A DNA stretch of 64,000 nt from a virus (Duplodnaviria > Caudoviricetes): the IMG/VR virus record IMGVR_UViG_3300015207_000465, positions 1-64,000 of that record, one strand, 5' to 3'. The notes under the pieces are model-generated. The model worked only from the letters and a program-made list of their open reading frames with translations. It was not told where the DNA came from and searched no databases. The translations under genes were made by a program, and so were the position numbers. This document shows, in pieces, positions 30,044 to 40,808 of this stretch. Position 1 is the stretch's first letter. Each line of letters begins with the position of its first letter.

Positions 30044-30472
30044 ATGGCGGCGGAAGAAGACAATGGAATACATTACATACAGTTTCAAGATGAAGTGTGC
30101 CGGCTTCGCTATATTATCAAGAAATATAAGGAACATGATAAGAAGCGTAACCGATACATGGCGCATCTTCAACGTATGTATGACACTCAGCGCGAAAAGG
30201 TAAAACGGCTTGAGGCACTAACGGAACGTCAGCATGAAGAAATAGACGAGCTGATGGATGCCTACAATGGCGCAAAGCCTTTAATCGCTGACAGGGCGCA
30301 CAGGGCGTATGTCTACGAATTAATCAAAAGGTCTACCGAGTCATCAAAGAATAAACGCACTGCTGACTATCTGACCGAAGAAAACGGAAGATTAAAAGAA
30401 GAAAATAACGGCCTCAAGGAGCGCATCAAGGCTCTTGAGGCAGTAATAAAATCACTACACAATGGAAAATAG
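30044..30472 (+). CDS. Coiled-coil hypothetical protein
   Basis: Heptad-rich ORF. Confidence 0.65.
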   Translation: MAAEEDNGIHYIQFQDEVCRLRYIIKKYKEHDKKRNRYMAHLQRMYDTQREKVKRLEALTERQHEEIDELMDAYNGAKPLIADRAHRAYVYELIKRSTESSKNKRTADYLTEENGRLKEENNGLKERIKALEAVIKSLHNGK

Positions 30473-30800
30473 CGACCGCATAATTGATTTCAGCAAAGAC
30501 ATGGCCGGCAATGAAAATACCGATGCCATTAAATTCAGGTCAATCGTGGAAGCGATGACTGAAAAGTATGTCGCCAAAAATCACGACTACGGCAACTCGT
30601 TTTCGGAGTCCATACAGGAATTTGGCGGCAGAATGGGCATGGTGGTGGGCTTCGCTCCTATCATGCACAAATTCAATCGCGCAAAGAACATCATCAAGGG
30701 AACGGAAGCTCTTGTTATCGACGAAACCGTTCACGACACACTGCTTGACATGGCAAACTACTGCATCATGCTTGCAATGGAATACGATAAACTGAAATAA
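30462..30800 (+). CDS. DUF1599 / nucleotide-modification-associated domain protein
   Basis: KNHDYGNSF..K..R..DTLLDMANYCIM. Confidence 0.85.
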   Translation: MENSDRIIDFSKDMAGNENTDAIKFRSIVEAMTEKYVAKNHDYGNSFSESIQEFGGRMGMVVGFAPIMHKFNRAKNIIKGTEALVIDETVHDTLLDMANYCIMLAMEYDKLK

Positions 30801-30801
30801 A

Positions 30802-30996
30802 ATGGATGGCAAGGCATTTAAGACGTGGCTATGCGCCGCAATCTTCGCAATCGTTCAGATGGGCGCAGACACGATAAAAGCGGCGTACACGGAACATTAT
30901 TTTCAGATGGTCTTGGAGGGCATGTCGATGCTGTTTATAGCTTGGCTTGTTTTCTGGGCATATCCTAAATTCAAACGCTCTTTTGGTAATGGATGA
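30802..30996 (+). CDS. Small membrane protein
   Basis: Two hydrophobic segments. Confidence 0.55.
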   Translation: MDGKAFKTWLCAAIFAIVQMGADTIKAAYTEHYFQMVLEGMSMLFIAWLVFWAYPKFKRSFGNG

Positions 30997-31408
30997 CAAT
31001 CGCCGCATACCACCACTAAACCTTGCAGCGGAAGCTGAAAGGATACGTCAAGCCGACATTCTATCCGGTATTTCAGAATACAATGGTATTCAGACGGTAA
31101 TGTGTCGCCATCAAATATCGCGTCGCGTATTGAATGAAATGGAAGCGCAATATCTGGGTTTGCTCAAACCATCGGAGGATGAATTGTTGAGAAGCCACGG
31201 AATTACAAACACCCGTGAATTTGTCTTCAATGATGTCCTTGAGGGAATCGCAAATAAGCTGGCGACGGAGCTTATCCGGCAAGGTCTTATGTTTGTGGAA
31301 ATAGCCGATAGCAAATACGACATCAACACATGCAACCTCACAGTGTCGGCATACGTTGTCAAGCCACCGATAAACCGCAAGCGATTAGACATTGACATAT
31401 CGGAATAA
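30989..31408 (+). CDS. Hypothetical protein
   Basis: Last gene of the rightward early operon; hairpin at ~31412-31444 follows. Confidence 0.6.
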   Translation: MDDNRRIPPLNLAAEAERIRQADILSGISEYNGIQTVMCRHQISRRVLNEMEAQYLGLLKPSEDELLRSHGITNTREFVFNDVLEGIANKLATELIRQGLMFVEIADSKYDINTCNLTVSAYVVKPPINRKRLDIDISE

Positions 31409-31461
31409 ACAAAGGGCGATTGGTTTTGATGCCGACCGCCCTTATTGTTTATGGCTGCTGA

Positions 31462-31896
31462 TTAAAGTGTGCGATGCGCCGGGTTTGGCTCTTCAAACTT
31501 GAGCATCATGTGGCAGAAAGTTCTTTGTGCGTTCTGGGCGTATTCCGAGCCTTTGCCGCGATAGATAAGATGATAGACATCATCGCTATCCTCCGGCACT
31601 TGCAGGGTAATCTCGCCCTTATACATTAAGGCTAAAAAGTCTTTTTTCTTCTTTCGGAAATCAGTCGGGCTTGAACCGGCAAGTGTGAAATCAAGGATGA
31701 CCTCTCGTGACGTATATTTAGGCTCGTCTTCCACAACGACACGCTTGCCGGATTCAAGCCTTGACTCGTTTTCGATGTTTTCCTTGAGGGTCAGTGGCTC
31801 ATTCAGCGCATCAAGAAAACCCTCGCCCATGCGCACCCCGTAGTCTTGATAGATGGTGCTGCTTCCGTTGATTCTTATTTCAGGTAGTGTTGCCAT
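31462..31896 (-). CDS. Distal-tail-like protein
   Basis: Follows tape measure; YGVRMGEGFL..LKE.IENESRLE.GKRV..FEEPNP. Confidence 0.65.
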   Translation of the reverse strand: MATLPEIRINGSSTIYQDYGVRMGEGFLDALNEPLTLKENIENESRLESGKRVVVEDEPKYTSREVILDFTLAGSSPTDFRKKKKDFLALMYKGEITLQVPEDSDDVYHLIYRGKGSEYAQNAQRTFCHMMLKFEEPNPAHRTL

Positions 31897-31897
31897 A

Positions 31898-34800
31898 TTA
31901 AAGATTTTTCGTGTTCTTTTTGATTTCCGCAATGTCAGCCTGCATGGTCTGGATGGGCTTCACAATCGCACCGGTGTTTTCGCTGATGGTTTGCAGTTCA
32001 ATGTAAATCTTGGCAAGCTGACGCTCTATGTTGTCCTGATGAACATTGAAACGGCTATATTCCATCGCTATCTGGAGTAATTCGTCGTTAAGGTCAGCAA
32101 GCGACATCGTGTGCTGGCTTTCGCTTGAACGGATAGACTCCACGGCAATCTGCAAGGCGGTAAGTCTACCCTCAATGGCATTACCGGTGTCTTGCGACAT
32201 TCCTGCAAGTGTACGGCTTGATGACTGCTGCGTGGTTGAACCATCCCAGCCCATAGCCTTTTTAAGATTATCGCGGTCATTGACGGCATCGCCAACGATG
32301 TTATCCCATTGGTTTTTGAGTCGTTCCTGTTCTGCGGCGGTAAGACCATCGTTGTCGTTCATCGCATCGGAGAAAGCCTTGTACCATTCCTTAATTTTCT
32401 TGTTGTATTCGGAGTTCATAAGGCTATTGATAACGGCCTGCTGCATCATCTTTTCAAAGTTGTTGGTGAAATCTTCCGTGTCAGACTCCATATCAAGCAA
32501 CATCGACTTAAATTCATCCTTGACGCTATCAAACGACACATCGGTAAGCGACTCGCGGAAAGCGTTCTCAAGCTCCTCAAGTTCCTTGTAGTATTCGATG
32601 TATTCATCCATGAACTGCGCGGCGTTCTTGTAACCGTCATCGGCAAGACCTTTGATTTTGGCGTAAAGGTCAGGTGCGCTCTGTGCTATCTTCGCCATCT
32701 GCTCGGATGTGAGGTTCCAAAAATCACCGGCACTACGCACCGACTTGTCGACGATTTGGGATATACGCGACCAGTCGCCACCGCTCATGCCCTTGTTAAT
32801 CTTGTAGTTTGACGAGTGATGGCCACCAATGCCAAGAAAGCCGTTTGAATACGCAGCTCCGGAACGTGCCATCATCTCCTGTGTGTTGCCCATTGATTTT
32901 AGCAAGTCATCCCTTTGCTGTTGATAAAGTGCGCCCATATCCGCAGTCGCGGCATCACGCATTTCATCGGCAAGATTATCCACCGCTTTCCTTAATGCCT
33001 CATTGATGGCGGTGAGCCGTTCTATATCCTCTTCAAGGTTTTTATCGCTATCGCCATTACCCCACCAGTCGAAAAGACCGCCCATAGTGAATATGGATTT
33101 GAATATTCCAAGGATGCCTTTATAGAGGCTTTCGCCAATCTGCTTGAATATTTCACCAGAAAGGATATTGTCAATAATACCACTAATAGCACCGAAAACC
33201 GAATCAAGGATGGAAGATATAAGCGTACCGACACCATCCTTGAGTATGTCAAGAATTTTCAGCACTGCGGCAATAATCTGACCAATAAGACCGGCTTTTC
33301 CAAGTCCTTCTGTAAGTTCAGCCGGCAATTCTTTTGCGATTGTCGCACCGGCTTCTGCCATTCCCTCATTAAGTTCTTTTGTGTCTTTGCCTATATCCTT
33401 GAGGGCTTTAAGACCATCAACAGCACCTTTCAGTTGGTCAAATGCGCCCCATAATTCGGCAAGCTGGGATAATCCTGCACCACTTAGGAATGTGTAGATT
33501 TCGCTGACCGGCTTGATTACATTCTTTGCAGTCATCGACAGCATTGTGCCACTGCTTTGAACGCGGTTTTGTGCTTCCGTCATTGTTTGCGTATTCGCAG
33601 CCACAACGGTAGAATAATTATTAAGCTCTTGATTAGCGGCGGCAAGTGCATCATTGAAAGGTTTCAATTCAGCGTCTGACTTTCCGCTATTACGTGCTTC
33701 TGTGAGTGCGCGGTCTGCACTATCACGTGCGGCGGTCAGACGTGCCAGTTCTGCGTTAACCAAAGTATCTTGTTCCGTAGCAATGCGCAATTCATTAAGT
33801 GCCGTCTGGTATTCAGAAAGCGCAGATGACAAATCTTTCCAAGACTCGTTTGCGCCAAGCTGACTACGAATGTTTTCCATTGCACTGATGACCGTCTGCT
33901 GGTTGTCAGCTCCGGACTTTCTGAAAGCATCGGATTTGACGTATTCCTGCAACTGCTTGTATAGGGGTTCAAGCTGACCACGCATAATCACGCCTACATT
34001 ATCGAATACGGAATACCAATCAATCTGACTTGTCAGAACCTTTGCTTCAAGGTCGCGCAGTTCCGTATCGCGTTGTGCCGTAAGCGTAAGCTCCTCGCCC
34101 TTGTTCTGGGCATTGCGTATCTTTTCGGCATATTCTTCTGCGATGGCGAGCTTCTTTTGCTGGAAAGTGCCATATTCTTTCAAATAATTACGCATCGCCT
34201 CCGCGTCAGCCCGGTAGACCTTTTGCAAGTCAGATGACTCGCCGTTTGCAATCAGCGAGCTTTGAGTGTCGTACCCAATATTTTCACGCGCCTGTCGTCT
34301 ATAACCCTCGCGCATTTCCGCAAGCTGGGCTTCGGAGAATTGAGCGTAATACTGATATTCGCGCCTATTCTTTCCACCTTTCAGCCATTCTTGCATGGCG
34401 TTCTTTTCAAGAGTGTCAGCTTCCTTTTGCAGTTCGCATTCAAGAGCCTGACGCTTCTTTTCGGCAGTAAATTTGATAGTCGCAATTTCCTTTTCAGAGT
34501 TATCCTCCATACGTGCGATTTCAAGTTCACGCTGGCGGTTTCTTTCAGCCTGCAAAAGTTCAGCCGTGCGCTTTTCCTCTTCAAGCTGTGCCTTGCGAAG
34601 CTCGTATGCCCTTTGTTTGGGGTCATCCTTGCCTTTGTTTTTCTTAGACTTATCGCGTTTGTCAAGTTCTTTTATTTGTTTTTCGTAATATTTATAAAGT
34701 TCACTGCTTTGGTCAACCTTTTGCATCTGAGCATTGATAGACTTGCGAATATTGGCAAAATCCTCCGTAGTTTTGGCTGTCTTTATCTGGTTTTCAAGAG

Positions 34801-37800
34801 CATCCTTTATGGCTTTCATTGCCCCTGTCTGACTGCTCTTATTGGCGTTGTAAGCACCTACACGGAGGTCGTTCTTCAACTGCTGATATAGACGTTTGTC
34901 AACATCAGACATCTTTGATTCATTCAATTTGGTGCCATATTGGTCTATGAACTGCTGGAGAATTGCCGACTGTTCGGAATTAAGTTGATACTTTTTACCC
35001 TCTAAAGAGAAATTACTGCGTAAACGCGCATTCTTTACAATCTTGTTATAAAGTGCCGCATCCTCTTTTGACATCTTTGTACCGGATGCAATTTTACCAT
35101 CCTTTCCATATTTTGCCACAAGCGACTGAAGCTGCTGACGTTCCTCACCGGATGTATTCAATACCTGACCACCTACTTCTTTCAATGAAATCTTTATGTT
35201 ATCAAGTTTGGAAAGTGCAATATCAAGATACTTGGTGTCAATGAAAGGTGTGGCAGTGGTATTGTCTATATCCTTGAGTTTATCCTCTGCCTTTTCCCCT
35301 TTCTGCGCGGTTTCATCAAGCGCAGTGTTATCGGTTGTGGGTGTTGCAGATGATTTGTCAACATCACCTATCTTTTCTTCCGCTTTCTGCGCGGTTTCAA
35401 TCAGGGAATGAATATTTATGGGGTCAGTAAGAGGTTTGACGGGAGTCTTGTTTATGTCATCCACGGCATTGGATACCTTTGTCAATTCTTCCGTAAGTTT
35501 CTTTGAATCGAATGTAGAATAATCAACCGGTGGCGCAGCGACCTTTGCGCGTTCAAGTTTATCATTGACAGCCTTAGCATTAGCCTGCGTCTGCTTAATG
35601 AAATTGTCGGCAGTAGTAATCTGCTTGGTAAGTTCCCCTACCAATTTAGACGTGTCCTTAATGTCAAGGATATAATCTTCTGCCATACCCATAGCCTTTG
35701 CATGATTTTTCGCTTCCTCGTTGGCGGTCTTAGCGATATTATTCTGCAAGGACGCGATGCGCTTATGGAGTTCGGCCATCCGGGAGGCATCGGCATATTC
35801 ACCCTTTGATGATTCCGCAGCATACTCCCTTTGAAGCTGCTCAAGTTCATTGATAAGCGGAAGCAATTCGGCTTTCTTTCTATCAACGGTATCTGCAATA
35901 ATACGGGCAAAACGCTCTGCATTGTCCTTAGCATCCTTTTTGCTTTCATCCGCAATGCTTTCAGCCATATCCTTGACGAAATCATCACCATGCTTCTTTT
36001 TGTCTTCCTCATAGGAAGCGATGCGGTTTGCAATCTGACGGGCTTCACCCTCCTTTTCAATCAGGGCGATAAGCTGTGCGCGTTTCTCATTAAGTTGGTC
36101 AAGCGTATCTTTTTCTGAATCAATCTGAATGCCATGATCTTTAGCAATTTTGGTTAACTCTTCAAGGGAATCCTTATAAACCTTGCTTTCTTTATTTACG
36201 GAATCAAGAACAGCATAAAGGGTGTTGACATTGCTTTTTGTCTTGGATGCGGCTTCACCGAAACGCTCCATGTCTGCGGTTGTTTCTTCCGATTCACTCT
36301 TAAAGGTCATAAATAGACCGATGGCGGTAGTTAGTGCAGTAATTAACAAACCAATTGGATTTGTGGCTATCGCAACTTTTAAACTATCGATTGCTTTTTT
36401 ACCGGCATTAACAGCACTATTCCATCCGTATTGCACAACAGTAGCAATCTTGTTCCCGGCAGTAGAAAGAGCCGTTGCGATACGTCCTCTGTCTGTTGCA
36501 ACCGTATTTGTATTCTGGGCAGTGGTATTTGTATTGGTCGCGTTAGTCTGCTGAATCTGGGAAATAGTATTAGCTTGGGTGGTGGCGGTATCCAACTCAG
36601 TCTCGGCTATATGGACTCTTTTTGCAGAAGCGTCAAGCTGGGTCATCAAAGCATCACGTTCCATCTGAGCCGAGGCTAATCCCTGCGCTGCGGCCGCTTT
36701 TTCTTCCTCAGTACCGATTTGTTCAGCCATATCTGCCAATTCTTGAGCCTCGTCAACCTTTTCATTGGCGACTTTAAGAGCATCGTTTATTGCCGCCTGT
36801 TCTTTTTTTGCGGCATCAACGGCTGCTTGAGCTGCTTCCTTTCTTGCATCCACCTCTTTACGCAACGCCTGTATCTTTTCAGCCATCTCCTCGGAAATAG
36901 ACCCGGTTTCAAGTGCGCCACGGACATCTTCATCAAACGCCATAAGTGCGCGTTGACGCTGATACTCCTCCATCTTGGCGATTTCCTCTTCAAAACCTTT
37001 AACGACTGCCTTGCTTCTTTCCTCCGATGCAACCTTTATGGCAAATTCACTTGCCATTGCGGATGCCTTGTAGATACCGAATGTGGCGATTGCTGTACCA
37101 AGTACACCACCTACCTTTTCGTAATTTTCCACCATCCATGTCGCACCCTGTATGACCTTGATGATTGCGTCTTCGGATTGTTTTCCGAGGTCGTTAAACA
37201 TAAGGTCGGTAGCGTCGCCAAGCATCGACATCTGCCCCGTAATTATTGCGGTGGCAGACTGAGCCATGTTGTAGAATTTACCGCCCTCGGATGTGGCGTT
37301 GATGAAAGCCTGCTGAACCATCTCGGCGGAAATCTTGCCTTGCGACATTTCTTCTTTAAGCTGACCGATGGATTTGCCGGTATCTTTTGCTAACTGGTCA
37401 AGAGGTTGGAAACCAGCATTGACCATCTGCATCAGGTCTTGACCCATCAGTTTGCCGGCGGCTGACATCTGCGAGAAGGCGAGTGTAAGCGATTGGAAAC
37501 GCTGCGCATTGCCCATTGACACATCGCCAAGGGCTTTCATAAACGGCAGAATCTTTGATTGGTCGATACCGAAGCCGAGCATCTTCTGCGCCGCGCCGAC
37601 TGTTCCCTGAAAGTCAAGTGGCGATACCTTTGCATATTCAGTCAGGTCAGCCATCATAGCTTTGCCCTTGTCGGCACTGCCAAGAAGTGTGTTGATGTTT
37701 GTTTCCATTAACTGAAACTGGCCGCGAATCTGCGTGACCTGATTCAGAAACATTCCAAGACCCGCTACGCCGGCTATTTGTGTAAGGCCCTGTATTGGAT

Positions 37801-38077
37801 CTGTAAGTTTTTGCTGTAAGTCGTTGACTGCGGCGATTGCTCCATTGACACCCTTGCGGATATTCATCTCAAGGGAAGCACCGGCTTGAGCGGCATCCAA
37901 GGCAAGACCACGGAATTTTGCCCTTGCAGACTGTAATTGTGCTTCAACAGCGCGAATGGAAGATATTGATGCTCCCGGCCCGAATGATTTAAGGCGGTTC
38001 TCAAGCATTGTTATCTCGGAGCGAAGTCGTGCGACCTCCTCGTAGTTGGAATATACGTCAAATGATAAAAGCGGCAT
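31898..38077 (-). CDS. Tail tape measure protein
   Basis: 2059 aa, helical; tape-measure domain LGDVSMGNAQRF..L.LAFSQMSAAGKLMGQDLMQM. Confidence 0.92.
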   Translation of the reverse strand: MPLLSFDVYSNYEEVARLRSEITMLENRLKSFGPGASISSIRAVEAQLQSARAKFRGLALDAAQAGASLEMNIRKGVNGAIAAVNDLQQKLTDPIQGLTQIAGVAGLGMFLNQVTQIRGQFQLMETNINTLLGSADKGKAMMADLTEYAKVSPLDFQGTVGAAQKMLGFGIDQSKILPFMKALGDVSMGNAQRFQSLTLAFSQMSAAGKLMGQDLMQMVNAGFQPLDQLAKDTGKSIGQLKEEMSQGKISAEMVQQAFINATSEGGKFYNMAQSATAIITGQMSMLGDATDLMFNDLGKQSEDAIIKVIQGATWMVENYEKVGGVLGTAIATFGIYKASAMASEFAIKVASEERSKAVVKGFEEEIAKMEEYQRQRALMAFDEDVRGALETGSISEEMAEKIQALRKEVDARKEAAQAAVDAAKKEQAAINDALKVANEKVDEAQELADMAEQIGTEEEKAAAAQGLASAQMERDALMTQLDASAKRVHIAETELDTATTQANTISQIQQTNATNTNTTAQNTNTVATDRGRIATALSTAGNKIATVVQYGWNSAVNAGKKAIDSLKVAIATNPIGLLITALTTAIGLFMTFKSESEETTADMERFGEAASKTKSNVNTLYAVLDSVNKESKVYKDSLEELTKIAKDHGIQIDSEKDTLDQLNEKRAQLIALIEKEGEARQIANRIASYEEDKKKHGDDFVKDMAESIADESKKDAKDNAERFARIIADTVDRKKAELLPLINELEQLQREYAAESSKGEYADASRMAELHKRIASLQNNIAKTANEEAKNHAKAMGMAEDYILDIKDTSKLVGELTKQITTADNFIKQTQANAKAVNDKLERAKVAAPPVDYSTFDSKKLTEELTKVSNAVDDINKTPVKPLTDPINIHSLIETAQKAEEKIGDVDKSSATPTTDNTALDETAQKGEKAEDKLKDIDNTTATPFIDTKYLDIALSKLDNIKISLKEVGGQVLNTSGEERQQLQSLVAKYGKDGKIASGTKMSKEDAALYNKIVKNARLRSNFSLEGKKYQLNSEQSAILQQFIDQYGTKLNESKMSDVDKRLYQQLKNDLRVGAYNANKSSQTGAMKAIKDALENQIKTAKTTEDFANIRKSINAQMQKVDQSSELYKYYEKQIKELDKRDKSKKNKGKDDPKQRAYELRKAQLEEEKRTAELLQAERNRQRELEIARMEDNSEKEIATIKFTAEKKRQALECELQKEADTLEKNAMQEWLKGGKNRREYQYYAQFSEAQLAEMREGYRRQARENIGYDTQSSLIANGESSDLQKVYRADAEAMRNYLKEYGTFQQKKLAIAEEYAEKIRNAQNKGEELTLTAQRDTELRDLEAKVLTSQIDWYSVFDNVGVIMRGQLEPLYKQLQEYVKSDAFRKSGADNQQTVISAMENIRSQLGANESWKDLSSALSEYQTALNELRIATEQDTLVNAELARLTAARDSADRALTEARNSGKSDAELKPFNDALAAANQELNNYSTVVAANTQTMTEAQNRVQSSGTMLSMTAKNVIKPVSEIYTFLSGAGLSQLAELWGAFDQLKGAVDGLKALKDIGKDTKELNEGMAEAGATIAKELPAELTEGLGKAGLIGQIIAAVLKILDILKDGVGTLISSILDSVFGAISGIIDNILSGEIFKQIGESLYKGILGIFKSIFTMGGLFDWWGNGDSDKNLEEDIERLTAINEALRKAVDNLADEMRDAATADMGALYQQQRDDLLKSMGNTQEMMARSGAAYSNGFLGIGGHHSSNYKINKGMSGGDWSRISQIVDKSVRSAGDFWNLTSEQMAKIAQSAPDLYAKIKGLADDGYKNAAQFMDEYIEYYKELEELENAFRESLTDVSFDSVKDEFKSMLLDMESDTEDFTNNFEKMMQQAVINSLMNSEYNKKIKEWYKAFSDAMNDNDGLTAAEQERLKNQWDNIVGDAVNDRDNLKKAMGWDGSTTQQSSSRTLAGMSQDTGNAIEGRLTALQIAVESIRSSESQHTMSLADLNDELLQIAMEYSRFNVHQDNIERQLAKIYIELQTISENTGAIVKPIQTMQADIAEIKKNTKNL

Positions 38078-38251
38078 GGCTGAGAATTGTTATTATTCAA
38101 TCAGCCAATTTACCTCCAAATAGCGTGTTACACATTATTTTCCGCGCACGTATAACGTACTATCAGAAAAAAGTCGTAACTTTGTGCTTTGAAAGGCAAA
38201 GGGATGTGTGCAGAGAGGGTCGATAAACCAAAAAATCAACCCTACTGCCAA

Positions 38252-38704
38252 ATGAATGAAAGTGCAAAAATCAACATCGGAAAAGTCGCCGCCTTGAAGA
38301 AGTTGCGCGAAAAGGTTATTGAACTTTCCGACGTAATGGAAGAATTAGGTGAGCCAATTCTTGATGACCTTTCTCTATTACCAAGAATTTACGAAGCATA
38401 CAAACGTGTATTTTCCCGCCGTGGATGCCCCGACGAGGCTATGGCTGTGCGCAACCGCAAGAAATTCCTTATGGTTGTGCTTTATCTTTATTCGCCAAAA
38501 GCCCTCGCCGGCGACAGGATGCGTATGGGATTAAGAAAACAAGTGTCGGAATTGTTCGGCTTGACAACAAGCACCCCAATTTCCGACAACTGCTCCGGTC
38601 TAATCGTGCAATATCACGCCTATGCGGATTTTCGCAGAGATGTAGACCTAATTTTTAAGGAAGTATTCGATACACTCCCGGATGAACTTTTTCTTGTTGA
38701 TTAG
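38252..38704 (+). CDS. Hypothetical phage protein
   Basis: RKKFL.V.LYLYSP.AL.G.RM..GLR pattern; TAACTTTG promoter motif at ~38177. Confidence 0.7.
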   Translation: MNESAKINIGKVAALKKLREKVIELSDVMEELGEPILDDLSLLPRIYEAYKRVFSRRGCPDEAMAVRNRKKFLMVVLYLYSPKALAGDRMRMGLRKQVSELFGLTTSTPISDNCSGLIVQYHAYADFRRDVDLIFKEVFDTLPDELFLVD

Positions 38705-39000
38705 ATAGCGGAATAACTCGGCAATTCAATAGCGTCAGACGGATAGCCCACCATCGCCAATGCTTCGGAAAGATATTCTCCCATACTGGCAATGGCGTTG
38801 CGCCCCGACATACCCAGCTCCCAAAAATACGACTGATAATCTTCCATCGTCTGGTTTAGGTCAAGATGATACTTGGCGAAAAGCTCCTTGATGATGGCGC
38901 AATCCTCATATCTTTCGGTAGACAGGGCATATTGGAAAATGATAGTCATAACCTGACTGCCATAATCCATCAACGCCTTTTCAAATTTACTCCGCCTCAT
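38701..39000 (-). CDS. Hypothetical protein
   Basis: ATG 39000 overlaps the end of the XRE gene. Confidence 0.6.
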   Translation of the reverse strand: MRRSKFEKALMDYGSQVMTIIFQYALSTERYEDCAIIKELFAKYHLDLNQTMEDYQSYFWELGMSGRNAIASMGEYLSEALAMVGYPSDAIELPSYSAI

Positions 39001-39289
39001 CGCAGGGAACAACTTTAAGCACTGCGCCACACTTGGGGCATTGGAACTCATTTGTAGGCTTGTTGGCGCAGGGCGCAGTGGCACGGATGGCTTCAAGCTC
39101 CTCGTCGGTAAGAAGCAGACTCCAGACGGGAACACCCAAAGCATCGGCGACCTTTACGAATGTTTCAATCTTGGGCATTGTCGCGCCGGCAATCTGGTTA
39201 AGACCCACAGTTGTCATCTCAAGTTTTTCCGCAAGGTCTTTCTGCATCATACCGGCTTCTTTGATGCGCTCTTTGATTCTATTCTCCAT
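38987..39289 (-). CDS. XRE-family HTH regulator with C-terminal zinc ribbon
   Basis: QKDLAEKLEMT..P.IET..KVADALGV; CPKCG. Confidence 0.85.
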   Translation of the reverse strand: MENRIKERIKEAGMMQKDLAEKLEMTTVGLNQIAGATMPKIETFVKVADALGVPVWSLLLTDEELEAIRATAPCANKPTNEFQCPKCGAVLKVVPCDEAE

Positions 39290-39471
39290 TTCTTCCTAAT
39301 TTGGTCGTTAAAGTAATCGTTATGCAAAGGTAGTAAAATAGGAATAAAGTTAAAGCGTTTACTTTGTTAATTATTGTTAAGACATAGAAAATACTTTAAT
39401 TAAAATTTGGTGGATTAAATTATTCGCTTTAACGTTGCATCGTAATCAAAAACCTAATTAAAGTAAAAGAT

Positions 39472-39807
39472 ATGAAACTTATAACAAAAGCACTTGAGAA
39501 GACCTTTGCAAAGTATCCCCTGTACTCGCAGGATGGCAAAGGCAAGAACGCGGTAGTAATCGCAAAATTCTTTCTGCCGGGTAGCGGCTGGACTTGGTAT
39601 GTAACCGAGGCAGAAAAGATGGAGAATGGCGACTATTATTTCTTTGGCTATGTTGACGGCATAGAGGGCGAGCTTGGCTACTTTACCCTGTCACAGCTTC
39701 AAGAAGTGCGCGGTCGCTTTGGATTGCGCGTTGAACGCGACATGTATTTCAACGTAGGCAAGACCACACTTGCAGAAGCCCTCAACGAGGTTGAATACGC
39801 AAAATAA
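39472..39807 (+). CDS. DUF2958-like protein
   Basis: PLYSQDG..KFFLP..WTWYVTE..FFGYV..ELGYF.L..VERD. Confidence 0.85.
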   Translation: MKLITKALEKTFAKYPLYSQDGKGKNAVVIAKFFLPGSGWTWYVTEAEKMENGDYYFFGYVDGIEGELGYFTLSQLQEVRGRFGLRVERDMYFNVGKTTLAEALNEVEYAK

Positions 39808-39878
39808 AATCATCAAGGCGAGCCACGTCACAATCGGCATGGCTCGCCTTTACGTCACATAAAAAAAACACAAATACG

Positions 39879-40091
39879 ATGAATGAATTTGATATGCAAT
39901 ACTTGGCTGAATACGTCGCAGAAGTATCAAGCGAAATAGAAGCCACTGTTGAGGTTGCGGAATGGAATAATGCCTACCACATCACCATCAATGGCAGACA
40001 CAAATACGCAAGCGCAAACCGTCACGAAATTGAGGCGTATCTCGCTGGATACAAGAACGCAATCAAGGATTTTAAGAACAACCAAATATGA
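39879..40091 (+). CDS. Hypothetical protein
   Basis: ATG ORF with A-rich leader. Confidence 0.6.
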   Translation: MNEFDMQYLAEYVAEVSSEIEATVEVAEWNNAYHITINGRHKYASANRHEIEAYLAGYKNAIKDFKNNQI

Positions 40092-40309
40092 GAACGATAG
40101 AATACAACAGCTTTGAAGAAGCCGTAGCCGCAATGGTGGAATTTCTGAAACAAGGTATACGATGCAAAGGCGTAGGCTGGACAACCCTGCAAGTCTGGGA
40201 TGATTGATGGAAGAAGCCCTATTTACGACTTTGTGTAATAGGTCGTAAGAGATAGATACCGAAATGTTTTATGATGCGAAATAAGACTTAATTTAGCGTC
40301 ATAAAACAT

Positions 40310-40382
40310 CGCGGGTTGGAGCAGTTGGAAGCTCGCCAGTTTAACTTGCTGGAGGTCGTGGGTTCGAGTCCTACACCCGCCA
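40310..40382 (+). tRNA. Initiator-type tRNA body with anticodon AAC (would read GUU)
   Basis: CGCGGGT/ACCCGCC acceptor with C1xC72 mismatch, A73, D stem GAGC/GCTC (A11:U24), stem CCAGT/GCTGG, loop TTAACTT, T arm GTGGG-TTCGAGT-CCTAC; CCA not encoded. Confidence 0.88.
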
Positions 40383-40413
40383 CAAATAAAAATCACTTTT
40401 ACAAACTTAATCG

Positions 40414-40767
40414 ATGAAGAAGTTAAAACTACAAATCAATGCAGCACACTTTCAGGAAATACTTGAAGGAAACGCAAAGGTAGAAGAACGTTTCGTCTAC
40501 CCCAACAACGTAGACCGCTACGTGACTGAATCCGATAACCCGGATGGAACTGTTACCATCACTCCGATACCCTATGACTGCATTGAATTTTCATGTGGAC
40601 GTAGTAAGAACGCACGAAAAATGACCGTCGCAGTCAAGGAAGCGCAATTCATCGTCTTGACAGACGAGAATGGCGAAGACATGACCTATGAAGAAAACGG
40701 AGTCGAATACGTGGTTTGCCAAGTATGGTACACACTTGGGAAAATATCAGATGTGGTTAATGCGTAG
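40414..40767 (+). CDS. ASCH-like protein
   Basis: L.LQI...F.EIL.G..K.EER..YD.I.F..G pattern. Confidence 0.7.
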   Translation: MKKLKLQINAAHFQEILEGNAKVEERFVYPNNVDRYVTESDNPDGTVTITPIPYDCIEFSCGRSKNARKMTVAVKEAQFIVLTDENGEDMTYEENGVEYVVCQVWYTLGKISDVVNA

Positions 40768-40808
40768 TGGTGTCAAGAAAAAAATAACCCCCTAAACATT
40801 ATCTCACT

